From assembly GCA_965198235.1 (NCBI GenBank), contig OZ240248.1, positions 2,144,001-2,208,000 of the forward strand: DNA of 64,000 nt, read 5' to 3'. The translations under genes were made by a program, and so were the position numbers. Positions within the stretch are counted from its first letter, which is position 1, and each line of letters opens with the position of its first letter. Source of the stretch: Candidatus Poribacteria bacterium (GTDB lineage: Bacteria > Poribacteria > WGA-4E > WGA-3G). The notes beneath the pieces were generated by a model. The model did not search any database and was not told where the DNA came from. It worked only from the letters and a program-made list of their open reading frames with translations. Of this stretch, positions 19,501 through 28,864 are shown one piece after another.

Positions 19501-20667
19501 CAAGATGTTTATCGCAGCGTTGACATCCCGATCGTGGTGTGAACCACACTCAGGACACGTCCATTGCCTATCATTTAGAGAAAGTTTATCGTTGTGATGC
19601 CCACAATCCGAACACGGTTTCGTGGTAGGAGTCCACTGCCCGACTTGAAGGAACTCACGATTATGTTTGAAACATTTGAACTTCAATATCTCCACAAACT
19701 GATAAAAGGCGAGGTCAGAGACTTTCCGTCCCCAAAGGCGTTTCATTGCCTCAAGGTTGAGTGTCTCAGTGACGAGGGTATCAAACCGCCGACACAGGTC
19801 AGTCGCCAGTTTGTAGTGCCAGTCCTTGCGTTGATTGGAAATCTTGGTGTAAAGCCGTGCCAATTCTCTTACCGCACGCCACCAGTTACCAGAACCTTTT
19901 TGCTTACGGCTTACAGATTTGCTGAGTTTGCGGAGTTGGGTCAAGGACGCTTTCAAGGGTTGCGGGTGTTGGATTTTCTCACCGGTGTTCAGCGTCAGAT
20001 AGGTCTCCATGCCGAAGTCCACCCCTACGCTTTTACCTGTAGCGGGCAGAACTTCTTTGGAGGTGTTATCTGTCACGACATACAGCCAATACTCACCGGC
20101 AGCATCGCGTCCGATTTGGATATACCGGACGTTTCCCTTCCAATCGAGATGGTGGTGATACAAGATATTCCTGCGGACAAAGACCAACTTCTGTTTCACT
20201 GTATCCCATTCTTTGAAAGAAAGGCGAAGCGTGCCTCTCGGAATCGGAGAAGTTTCTCCCTCCGGGGGTTTCACCCAAACCTTGTAGCCTGTTTGGAACT
20301 TCGCAGAACGGAGTTTGCCGCGGCGTTTGAACTGCGGAGGACCCACACGTCTGCCACGTCTACCGTTTTCAATCCAATCAAAGAATCGTTCGTAGCCGAT
20401 ATGGATACGGATAATCACTGCGTCAAGCGTATCTCGCGGTATCCATGTCCAGTGTGGCTTGGTGCGTTCGAGCAACTTCGTCAGATGCGGTTGCAGACGA
20501 TACCTACCGGCGTATTTACCATAGATGCGGTAATATCGCCGTTCCAATGCCAAGAAGTGGTTGTGGACATCTTCAAGGTCATCGAACATATTCCCCAAGC
20601 GCATATTCTGCCGGTGATTGCGGATCTTTTTTTTATACGTTCTGCGAGCCTGTTTTCGTTTTTTCAT
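19465..20667 (-). CDS. tnpB: RNA-guided endonuclease TnpB
   Basis: RuvC-I VGVDFG, RuvC-II VTETLN, zinc ribbon CSDC..CPEC, RuvC-III HDRDVNAAINI. Confidence 0.93.
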   Translation of the reverse strand: MKKRKQARRTYKKKIRNHRQNMRLGNMFDDLEDVHNHFLALERRYYRIYGKYAGRYRLQPHLTKLLERTKPHWTWIPRDTLDAVIIRIHIGYERFFDWIENGRRGRRVGPPQFKRRGKLRSAKFQTGYKVWVKPPEGETSPIPRGTLRLSFKEWDTVKQKLVFVRRNILYHHHLDWKGNVRYIQIGRDAAGEYWLYVVTDNTSKEVLPATGKSVGVDFGMETYLTLNTGEKIQHPQPLKASLTQLRKLSKSVSRKQKGSGNWWRAVRELARLYTKISNQRKDWHYKLATDLCRRFDTLVTETLNLEAMKRLWGRKVSDLAFYQFVEILKFKCFKHNREFLQVGQWTPTTKPCSDCGHHNDKLSLNDRQWTCPECGSHHDRDVNAAINILRAALDPSVEQT

Positions 20668-20679
20668 GGGTTTTCACGG

Positions 20680-20758
20680 ATCACGTCCTTAACCCCTACA
20701 GAGTGGGTAGGCAGACACGCAACCTTGCGATTGCGCTCTGTATGTCTGCCAACGTGAT
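20680..20758 (-). ncRNA. Structured 5' leader of tnpB (three-way junction with loop-loop pseudoknot)
   Basis: P1 ATCACGT/ACGTGAT, P2 GGCAGACA/TGTCTGCC, GCAA-tetraloop stem, ACCC/GGGT stem; TACAGAG complementary to CTCTGTA. Confidence 0.55.
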
Positions 20759-20764
20759 ACATCT

Positions 20765-20793
20765 ATTAAACCACAATTTACTTAGAATGTCAA
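20765..20793 (-). promoter_or_regulatory. tnpB promoter
   Basis: TTGACA-17bp-TTTAAT with TGTG extended -10. Confidence 0.65.
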
Positions 20794-20913
20794 GTGTTTT
20801 TTCAAAAAAAAACGCCTTGGCCTAACATATAAGGGCGGTTTTTCCTCCCAAGTCTAAAGACTTGGGTTTCCAAACCGAAACGTAGATGAAAAATGGAGTC
20901 ATTCAATTCTCCT

Positions 20914-20971
20914 GTAGGAGGGATCTCCGAATTCCAACTTCTTCCTGTAGGAGGGATCTTCCGATCGCGAC
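20914..20971 (+). repeat. Tandem GTAGGAGGGAT-type REP-like palindromes
   Basis: gtaggagggatctccgaattccaac and gtaggagggatcttccgatcgcgac; other copies at 13551 (reverse), 26258 and 60686. Confidence 0.7.
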
Positions 20972-21143
20972 CCTGACAACTGAAAACCAAAGGTCCCTTG
21001 CACGAAAATTCCATTTGACATTTAGGGTGAATAAGTGTATATTAATCGAATAATGTGTTAACATAATGCGTTGTCCATCTCCTTTCGACAAAAGAAAAAT
21101 AGACATGCCTGCAGCGACCTACCTATTGGAAAAACAATAAAAA

Positions 21144-22151
21144 ATGGACGAAAAACGAGCGAGTGGACGCTACTATACGCGTGGGAATCCGTTTCAGTTA
21201 GAACCGTTCCAGACGTGGGTTAAAGCGTCCAATTTAGAACAACAGGTAGTTTTAGAACCGTTTGCGGGTGCGAAGGACATTCCACGTTTGATTGACGCAG
21301 CGCATCTGCAGTACCGAGATTGGGCATTTTTCGACATTGCACCAGGGACAAAAGGAATTGTGCAACGCGACACATTCGCTAACTTTCCCAAAGGGTTCAA
21401 TGTCTGCATTACCAATCCACCGTGGTTGGCACGCAACTCGGCAACTCGGCGCGGCTTACCTTTCCCAGAAGCAACGCGTTACGATGACCTCTACAAATAC
21501 GCGCTTGAGCAATGCCTGATGCATTGTGAGTGGGTCGCGGCAATTATCCCAGAGGCGTTCATTCGGAGCGGACTGTTCCTGAAAAGGTTACACGATTTCA
21601 TCTCTTTAGTCCCACAAAAGCAAGATAAGACAAATTACCCCCCTGATAAGGGGGGCAGGGGGGTTTCGGTTATGTTTGAGGACACAGAACACCCTGTCGG
21701 TCTCGCTCTATTTACGCCGGATGCAACATCGGGCGTTAGGATCTGGCGCAACAATCAATTTCTTGGCACCATGAGTGAACTACGCGAACACCTACCGCAA
21801 CCTTCTTCCAATCGTAGTATTGTGTTCAACGACCCACAGGGAAATCTCGGACTCATCGCTATAGACAATACCGTTTCCGCCTCTATCCGTTTCTGTCCAC
21901 CAGAGGAACTAAAAGACTATCCTATCCGCGTTCATTGCCGTTCAATTACAAAGATTGGTGTGCCGTGGCGTGTGGATATAGATATGCTCAACACTCGCCT
22001 GACAACAATCCGTGAGAAAACCCACGATGTTTTTTTGACAGCATTCAAGGGCTTACGTCGCGATGGACACTACCGACGACGGTTAGATTGGGCTTTGACA
22101 CGGGCAATTGTGAACGCACAGCATCTACAACTTGCAATGAACATGGAGTAG
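21144..22151 (+). CDS. Putative orphan amino-DNA methyltransferase
   Basis: GRYYT, LEPFAG (SAM-binding motif I), ITNPPW (motif IV), YDDLYK; TTGACA-17-TATATT promoter at 21015. Confidence 0.65.
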   Translation: MDEKRASGRYYTRGNPFQLEPFQTWVKASNLEQQVVLEPFAGAKDIPRLIDAAHLQYRDWAFFDIAPGTKGIVQRDTFANFPKGFNVCITNPPWLARNSATRRGLPFPEATRYDDLYKYALEQCLMHCEWVAAIIPEAFIRSGLFLKRLHDFISLVPQKQDKTNYPPDKGGRGVSVMFEDTEHPVGLALFTPDATSGVRIWRNNQFLGTMSELREHLPQPSSNRSIVFNDPQGNLGLIAIDNTVSASIRFCPPEELKDYPIRVHCRSITKIGVPWRVDIDMLNTRLTTIREKTHDVFLTAFKGLRRDGHYRRRLDWALTRAIVNAQHLQLAMNME

Positions 22152-22155
22152 AGCA

Positions 22156-22476
22156 ATGAATATCCAAAACTTAGTCTGTCTACTTGTATTGATAGCACTC
22201 ATCACGTTTGCGGGGTGCATACCCGGCGATGGCAAACACACCGTCGAGAAACCCGCAGGATTTTTCTGGGGAATTTGGCACGGGTGGATTGCGCCGATCT
22301 CGCTCGTCTGGGGATTGTTATTTAACCCGGATATCCGCCTCTATGAACCCAACAACAGTGGATGGGCTTATGATTTCGGATTTTATATTGCTATTATCAG
22401 TGGTTTCGGCGGTATCTCCTTCTCGCGAAGTAGGCGGAATAAGACTGTAGTGCAGACGAGTAGTAATTCTGAATAA
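22156..22476 (+). CDS. Small membrane lipoprotein of unknown function
   Basis: Lipobox FAGC; PAGFFWGIWHGWIAP..YE..N.GW.YDFGF conserved-looking motif. Confidence 0.75.
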   Translation: MNIQNLVCLLVLIALITFAGCIPGDGKHTVEKPAGFFWGIWHGWIAPISLVWGLLFNPDIRLYEPNNSGWAYDFGFYIAIISGFGGISFSRSRRNKTVVQTSSNSE

Positions 22477-22520
22477 CAACCGCTATAATTTAAGAACGCT
22501 ATAGCCAAGGAGAAAACGGC

Positions 22521-24119
22521 ATGAAAACTTTTGAGACGCGAGGCCCCGTGTCTCCTGATCGCAACTATGTCGTCCGGCGTACCGCGGAGCTCAAGGATTT
22601 CATTCAACGCGTCAAACAGGGACGATACATCGTCATTTTCGCGCCGCGACAAACAGGCAAAACCACCTTTTTTCGCTGGGCACTGGATGCCCTCGCAGAT
22701 GAAGGCATAGCTTACTTCCCTATTCAATTGGATTTTGAGGAATATAAAAACCTCACTCCTGCCGCTTTTTACGGTGAACTCTGCGAAGATATTCGTGAGG
22801 AAATTGAAAAGGTTTTCCAAAAACGTGGACAGTTGCCTTCGGAAGCACTCAGCCAATTCTTGGAAAATGCCCAGATAACCGATCATCTTTCAATGCGACG
22901 GTTCCTTACAAAACTCGCAAACGCGCTAAAACATCAGCGGATTGTTGTTATCATTGACGAATTTGATGGTATCCCGAAGTCTGTCGTCAGTGATTTTCTG
23001 TATTCGCTCCGCCGTATCTATCTCTCCGGAGCAGAAGGCAGATGTCCTTTCAGTTTAGGAATTGTCGGTGTCAAGAGTATAACGCAGCTCAACTATGATC
23101 GTTCTATCTCACCCTTTAATATCCAAGACGAATTTGCCTTGCCGAACTTTACGTGTGAACAGGTTCAAGAACTCCTCACACAATATACGGACACAGTAGG
23201 GCAGCCCTTCGCCCCCGAAGTCATCAAAGCACTCCACAAACAGACAGCTGGTCAGCCCTTCCTTGTGAACCGATTCGCGCAGATCCTGACGGAGGAATTG
23301 AACATCCCAAAAACCGAGTGCATCGGCATAACACATTTTTCAGAAGCACACACACGGCTGCTGCGCGAACAGAACGTTAACATTCAACATCTCATTACCA
23401 ATATCCGAAAGGATCCACGCTTTGAAACCCTTCTGATGGGAATTGTTTCCCGCGATAGAGGTGTGGATTTTAATCTGGATAACGAATTTATTTCGGATCT
23501 CGCTACTTATGGTATCCTCGCGGAAGGTACCGACGGAATGTGTGAGGTTGTCAACCCGATTTATCAGTATCGCATCATGAAAGCGTTCCAACCCTTGATA
23601 AACGGACTGGAGTGTGAATACTTCCCTGAGGACGCGGAAACCGATTTCTTAGATTATCTCACACCCGACGGGCAGATTCGCCTGCAACCGCTCCTTGATA
23701 ACTTTCAGGATTTTATCGCCCGGGCGGGATATCGGATTCTACAGGTCCCGGAGACTCCAAAAGAGTTCGTTGGGCAATACCTCCTTTTTGCCTATCTTGA
23801 GCAGTTTGTGCGATTGGTGCAGGGACGAATGTACCTTGAAGTGCAAACAGGACGTGGTAGAATGGATCTGCTTATTCTGCACAATTCGCGAAAGTATATC
23901 GTCGAAACCAAAATTTGGGAGGGTGTCCGTCCCTATACAGCAGGCAAGCAGCAACTCGCAGCTTATGTGAAGTTGGAGGGTGCAACCGAGGGGTACTATA
24001 TCGTGTTCGATCATCGTAAGAATCCAGTGCCCCGGACAAAGACAGAGATTGTCGAAGGCTTCATCATCCGGAGCTACGTCATCCCTGTCATGCAAGCGCC
24101 TCCCTCACAGGTAACATAG
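22521..24119 (+). CDS. AAA-like ATPase with C-terminal PD-(D/E)XK nuclease domain
   Basis: Walker A APRQTGKT, Walker B IIDEFD, SPFNI, GQPFLVN; C-terminal GRGRMDL..IVETK..QL..Y. Confidence 0.85.
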   Translation: MKTFETRGPVSPDRNYVVRRTAELKDFIQRVKQGRYIVIFAPRQTGKTTFFRWALDALADEGIAYFPIQLDFEEYKNLTPAAFYGELCEDIREEIEKVFQKRGQLPSEALSQFLENAQITDHLSMRRFLTKLANALKHQRIVVIIDEFDGIPKSVVSDFLYSLRRIYLSGAEGRCPFSLGIVGVKSITQLNYDRSISPFNIQDEFALPNFTCEQVQELLTQYTDTVGQPFAPEVIKALHKQTAGQPFLVNRFAQILTEELNIPKTECIGITHFSEAHTRLLREQNVNIQHLITNIRKDPRFETLLMGIVSRDRGVDFNLDNEFISDLATYGILAEGTDGMCEVVNPIYQYRIMKAFQPLINGLECEYFPEDAETDFLDYLTPDGQIRLQPLLDNFQDFIARAGYRILQVPETPKEFVGQYLLFAYLEQFVRLVQGRMYLEVQTGRGRMDLLILHNSRKYIVETKIWEGVRPYTAGKQQLAAYVKLEGATEGYYIVFDHRKNPVPRTKTEIVEGFIIRSYVIPVMQAPPSQVT

Positions 24120-24184
24120 CGAAATTTTCAGTTGAACCGTAGAGATATCAATGTCCCGCGCTACCAACAAAGGAAAACACCTGA

Positions 24185-24421
24185 ATGTCCAGAATAACAC
24201 GAGAAGATATTCAACGCATCGGCGATGAGGCAACACTAACGCACTTTCTGCAAGAAAAATTGAACTTGTCCATCTCGGAAGGGGCGACACTTGAGCAGAT
24301 TGCCCTTCCTTATAGTCTTGAAGTCTTTGATATTGAACAGGAAATAGACGAGTTGGTATACGATCTGTACGAATTGACAGAAGCGGAGATTGAGTTAATA
24401 GAGGAGGAATCTAACCAATGA
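24185..24421 (+). pseudogene. Internally deleted type IIG restriction-modification gene remnant
   Basis: C-terminus EQEIDELVYDLYELTEAEIELIE is typical of type IIG RM enzymes but is joined directly to a short N-terminal segment. Confidence 0.55.
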
Positions 24422-25410
24422 AAGTCTTAGTCATCGGTGGCACAGGCAATATCAGTCGTGGGATTGTCGCCGCGTTGCAAAACCGAAACCACGAAGTCGT
24501 CCTGTTCAATCGTGGACAACACGCCGATCCACCGCCTCCAGATGTCCGTGTGATTCACGGCGACCGAAAAAATCGCGAGGATTTTGAAGCAAAAGTCAGC
24601 GCGGAGGAATGGGATGCCGTGATTGATATGATTAGCTTCAACGCCGAGGATGCCGCCTCCGCACTTCGCGCATGTCAGGGACGTGTCGGACATTTCGTTC
24701 ACTGTTCGACGGTGATGACCTACGGACCGCCGTTCAGTGGGGTTAATCTCACGGAGACAGCACCGTTGCAAGGCACATCCGGCTATGGGCTTGGCAAAAT
24801 CGAAGCGGATGACCTCCTCTTAGAGGCTCACGCACGCGATGGGTTCCCTGTAACCATTTTCAAACCATCCTATACACATGGACCCGGCATGAACCTACAT
24901 CGGCAAGTAGGAGGGGATGGCAGTTGGATCGATCGGTTGCGAAAGGGGAAACCGATCCTCTCTGCAGGCGATGGACTGAACTATTTTCAATTCCTGTCAT
25001 CTCGCGACGCTGGAATTGCGTTTACAGAAGTACTCGGTAGATCCTATTGCTTCGGTGAAATATACAATATCGTCCATCCACAAGCGCGAACATGGGACGA
25101 GTGGCACCGTGCAGCGGCGGAAGCACTCGGCGTTGACATAGAGATCGTACATGTATCCCAAGAGACACTCATCGCGATGGCACCTGAACGGTTCAGTGGG
25201 TTGCGGGGCAACTTCGGGCACACTCAAATCTTCAGCCACGAGAAACTGGCGGCAGTATTACCTGAATTTAGTCCACAAGTTCCGGTTACAGAGAGTGTGG
25301 CAGAAAACATCGCGTGGATGGACAAACACAATCTGGTTCCAGATAGCGACGCGGACGATCTGGAGGATCAGATTATCGAGACAGTTCGCAATCTACCGCG
25401 TATCCGGTAG
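24418..25410 (+). CDS. NAD-dependent epimerase/dehydratase family protein
   Basis: GGTGNIS Rossmann motif, YGLGK. Confidence 0.88.
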   Translation: MKVLVIGGTGNISRGIVAALQNRNHEVVLFNRGQHADPPPPDVRVIHGDRKNREDFEAKVSAEEWDAVIDMISFNAEDAASALRACQGRVGHFVHCSTVMTYGPPFSGVNLTETAPLQGTSGYGLGKIEADDLLLEAHARDGFPVTIFKPSYTHGPGMNLHRQVGGDGSWIDRLRKGKPILSAGDGLNYFQFLSSRDAGIAFTEVLGRSYCFGEIYNIVHPQARTWDEWHRAAAEALGVDIEIVHVSQETLIAMAPERFSGLRGNFGHTQIFSHEKLAAVLPEFSPQVPVTESVAENIAWMDKHNLVPDSDADDLEDQIIETVRNLPRIR

Positions 25411-25424
25411 TACAGAGGTGAAAC

Positions 25425-26237
25425 ATGGTACAAATTAAATCAGCGTTAGATTCAGAAAGGCTTGATCTTGTCGAACAGGACCTCCGCGAAGTCGGTTTCC
25501 ATATCATTGAGAATGTGATTACCGACAAAGAGGCAGACGAAGCGCGCGAGGCAGTCTGGAAAATGGTGGAGGAGGATGTCACTAACGGACACGATCACAG
25601 TTATGGAGATGGTAAAATCCGTCGTGTCTGGGCAATCGTCGGGAAATCACCTATCTTCCGCTATTTCGTCCAGCACCCGACCGTGGTGGCGGTGTGGAAA
25701 CGGATGCTCGGTGAAGATGTGATCGCCTCCACGTTTACGGCAAACATCGTTGGACCTGGCGCACCGTCAGGCGGTTGGCATATCGACTACCCGTATTGGG
25801 CGATGCAATCTCCATTCCCGTCCGGTTCGTTGACAGGCCAGACGGTCTGGATGTTAGACGATTTCACGGAAAAGAATGGGGCAACGGCGTGTATTCCAGA
25901 GTCACACAAAACGCTTCGGCGTCCCGAATTGGGAGAAGCGGAAGGGCTTGAGATGGGCATCGCTGTCGCACCGAAAGGCTCTATCATGTTCACCAATGGT
26001 GCGATCTGGCATCAATCTCGGGCAAACCTAACGGACACACCGCGCGTCGGGTTGCTCGGTATGTATAATAGGTCAGTCATCTATCCACAAGAAGATATGC
26101 CTCGTCAGTTGACCGATGCCGAATTGGCGGGTGAAAGCGATGTGCTAAAACAGTTGTTGGGCAGAAATATACCGTTCCGCGACCCCAACCACGGACAAAA
26201 TTGGCATCGCACAGACGCAGGGTTTCGCCAAGCATAG
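25425..26237 (+). CDS. PhyH family dioxygenase
   Basis: WHIDYPY, WMLDDFTEKNGAT, IWHQS..N. Confidence 0.88.
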   Translation: MVQIKSALDSERLDLVEQDLREVGFHIIENVITDKEADEAREAVWKMVEEDVTNGHDHSYGDGKIRRVWAIVGKSPIFRYFVQHPTVVAVWKRMLGEDVIASTFTANIVGPGAPSGGWHIDYPYWAMQSPFPSGSLTGQTVWMLDDFTEKNGATACIPESHKTLRRPELGEAEGLEMGIAVAPKGSIMFTNGAIWHQSRANLTDTPRVGLLGMYNRSVIYPQEDMPRQLTDAELAGESDVLKQLLGRNIPFRDPNHGQNWHRTDAGFRQA

Positions 26238-26455
26238 GAACAAGCGTTCAGTTCCCTGTAGGAGGGATCTCCGAATCCTGGGGAAACACCCAAGCAAAAA
26301 CACCCTTCTTCTGTGGCGGGATTTCCTGATCGCGACCCCAGTTTCCTAAAATCGGAAACCAAAGACCGAAAACTGAATCGCTCTAACAATATAGATAGGT
26401 TTTACTGAACACTTTGCTGTAATGCATTATAGTTTCAAATTCAAGGAGGGCGTTT

Positions 26456-27499
26456 ATGCCAGTTGTATCTCATGATATTTTGAGAAAGTTTGTATATGAC
26501 ATCTATCGCGGTGCTGGAGGGACAGAGGAGGACGCACGCATCGTCAGTGACCACGTTGTCGATTCTAACCTCGTCGGACACGATTCACACGGTGTCATCA
26601 ACGCACCAAACTACGCCGGCGGCATGGCAGGCGGTCCCGCCGCAGATAAGATGGAGATTGTCAGGGAAAGCGGTGCAGCCACCGTCATCAACGCCAATGG
26701 TGCACTCGGTATGGTTGCCGCACGTAAGGCGATGGAGATGGCTGTTGAGAAAGCAGAGAGTTGCACCATCGGTGCGGTCGGCTTGCATCGGTGTGGACAC
26801 GCAGGACGGATGGGTGAATATCCGCCGATTGCGGCACGTGCTGGCATGATCGGGATTGTCCTGCTCAATGGTGGGGGGCGATTTATGCATCCGCACGGCG
26901 GGACCTCTCGAAGACTGCCCCCGAATCCGATTGCGATCTCGGTGCCGCGTCAGGGTGGTGAACCGCTTCTCCTCGATATGACACTCAGCGTCGTCGCAGG
27001 CGGGAAACTGCTCGTCCAGACTGCGCGCGGTGAACCTATACCGGAGGGATGGATGATAGATACCGAAGGTAAACCGCTCACAGACCCGAATGCGTTTCGT
27101 GAACGCCCACAGGACACAGCCGTTATGCCGCTCGGTGGTTTCCAGTTCGGACACAAAGGGTTTGGGCTCGGTGTGATGATAGATGCCATTGCTGGTGGGC
27201 TTTCTTGGGCGGGATGTAGCCGTGAACAGCCGACCCGCGGCGCAAGTGGCATTGTGATGTTCGCGATTAAAATTGAGGATTTCATCGATTTAGCGGATTA
27301 TGAACAGGAGATTGCGTATCTTGTAGAGTGGGTGAAGTCATCCGCTCGGTTGCCCGGTGTTGACGAAATCTATGTACCCGGAGAATTCGAGGAACGGAGC
27401 CGCGAGAAACGCCTGCGCGAGGGAATACCGATTGAGGAGCCAACTTGGAATCGCCTTGTTGAAGCCGCAGAACGTTTCGATGTTGCGGTTCCCATATAG
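26456..27499 (+). CDS. Ldh_2 family oxidoreductase (third paralog)
   Basis: GHDSHGV, GHAGRMG, PNPIAI, GHKGFGL. Confidence 0.9.
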   Translation: MPVVSHDILRKFVYDIYRGAGGTEEDARIVSDHVVDSNLVGHDSHGVINAPNYAGGMAGGPAADKMEIVRESGAATVINANGALGMVAARKAMEMAVEKAESCTIGAVGLHRCGHAGRMGEYPPIAARAGMIGIVLLNGGGRFMHPHGGTSRRLPPNPIAISVPRQGGEPLLLDMTLSVVAGGKLLVQTARGEPIPEGWMIDTEGKPLTDPNAFRERPQDTAVMPLGGFQFGHKGFGLGVMIDAIAGGLSWAGCSREQPTRGASGIVMFAIKIEDFIDLADYEQEIAYLVEWVKSSARLPGVDEIYVPGEFEERSREKRLREGIPIEEPTWNRLVEAAERFDVAVPI

Positions 27500-27545
27500 C
27501 AGTAGGCACACACCGTGTGCCGTAAACATGCAACAGGAGAAAAAA

Positions 27546-28145
27546 ATGAGAATCTACGGTTTGTTTGTTTTGCTTATCGGCATTACGGGGTGTGCTGCAC
27601 TGAATCAGCCCATTGGTGAGATGACAGCGTCACGCCTCACCTGTGAGTCTAACCCGGAGTTTGTAGATGGTAATCTGGAGACAGAGAGCACATTCGCAGT
27701 GAGGGGGTTTGTCCGAAAAGCGTATCAACTTCACGAGGGTCAGGGGCGGGGGCTCGCCTATGCACAACGGCGTTATGTAACGCAGATTGAAGGGCAACGC
27801 CGCACGGAAGCAATTATCAAACTGGACGCACCCACCTATATTTCCTATGTGGAAGTCTATCCGGCATCGCGACTGATTCCGAATTTCGCGATGATGACAA
27901 CAACCGATGATCCACCACGCTTTGATGTCGCCTTTGAACGAGTGTCCGACAAGCAGCATCAGGACATAGAGGGCCTGAATCCAGTGCGTTATCGCATCGG
28001 GCGGGAAGTGCTTTATCTACGAATGGGTGCAGACGGAATAGAGGACAGACAGAATTCCACCCGAACTGCGAACTCAGGCGTTGAGATTCCACTGAAAGGA
28101 GCTTCCATTCGCGAAGTCAAATTTTACATCCATCAGACACCGTAA
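27546..28145 (+). CDS. Uncharacterised lipoprotein, paralog 1 of 3
   Basis: Lipobox ITGC; ASRLTC..PEFVDGNLET; IPLKGASIREVKFY. Confidence 0.75.
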   Translation: MRIYGLFVLLIGITGCAALNQPIGEMTASRLTCESNPEFVDGNLETESTFAVRGFVRKAYQLHEGQGRGLAYAQRRYVTQIEGQRRTEAIIKLDAPTYISYVEVYPASRLIPNFAMMTTTDDPPRFDVAFERVSDKQHQDIEGLNPVRYRIGREVLYLRMGADGIEDRQNSTRTANSGVEIPLKGASIREVKFYIHQTP

Positions 28146-28163
28146 CGGAAAAGGAGGAAAAAA

Positions 28164-28829
28164 ATGAATAGATGGGCGTTTAGCATTTTATTATTTCTGC
28201 CGTTCAGCATCGCTGGCTGTGTAGGACTTCAAGGGAAATCGGGAGCGGAAATTCTGCCATCGCGTTTATCTTGGCTTCAGGACACACCTATTGAGGAAAT
28301 CGCATCTTCACGGCTGACCTGCGACACCCATCCCGAAATAGTGGATGGTAACTTGGAAACAGTCGCGACTTTTGAAGTGCATGGGGATGTGGAAAAGAGG
28401 CATGAGATTGTGGGAGGCGGGGGGCACTCCTTTGGCAGGAGCCAGTATGTAACGGCACTTGATGGAACAATCCGATGCGAGATTTTGATTAAGCTGGAAA
28501 AACCCATATACGTGAGTACTGTTGAAATTTATCCTGCGTCGCGCATCCCCAATTTGGCACTGAGCACAGCCTTGGATGAATCGGAACGTCACTTCGGTCA
28601 ATCGGGTACAGGTTTCAAGCCTGTGCATGACAAACAGTATGAAGATGTAGAAGGCACAAAACCGGTTATTAAATTCCAAGTGGAAAGGGAAGTGCTGTAC
28701 CTGCGCGTGACAGCAGATGCAATAGAGGACCGACAGAATGCCACGGAGGTTTATGACGAAGTAATTGACATTCCTTTGAAAGGTGCTTCCATCCGCGAGA
28801 TCAAACTCTACGGGCGGCAGCCGTTATAA
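28164..28829 (+). CDS. Uncharacterised lipoprotein, paralog 2 of 3
   Basis: RBS AGGAGG; lipobox IAGC; same conserved blocks. Confidence 0.8.
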   Translation: MNRWAFSILLFLPFSIAGCVGLQGKSGAEILPSRLSWLQDTPIEEIASSRLTCDTHPEIVDGNLETVATFEVHGDVEKRHEIVGGGGHSFGRSQYVTALDGTIRCEILIKLEKPIYVSTVEIYPASRIPNLALSTALDESERHFGQSGTGFKPVHDKQYEDVEGTKPVIKFQVEREVLYLRVTADAIEDRQNATEVYDEVIDIPLKGASIREIKLYGRQPL

Positions 28830-28864
28830 GAAGAACTTCCCATCTGATGAAAAGGTGCGGAAAA

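Larger units (their letters stand above)
19399..20885 (-). mobile_element. IS200/IS605-family element carrying only tnpB (IS1341-like, non-autonomous)
   Basis: Left-end hairpin CCCAAGTC-TTTA-GACTTGGG preceded by TTCAT (putative target/TAM); right-end hairpin CCCAATCC-TTTA-GGTTTGGG ending TTGAC; no tnpA. Confidence 0.85.

Noticed and set aside
19594-20757. 387-aa ORF antisense to tnpB
   Set aside because: No recognisable motifs or RBS; best explained as a shadow frame
20664-20762. 32-codon uORF ending in an ATGA overlap with tnpB
   Set aside because: Its ATG lies only 2 nt from the -10 box, upstream of the predicted TSS; the RNA structure explains the sequence better
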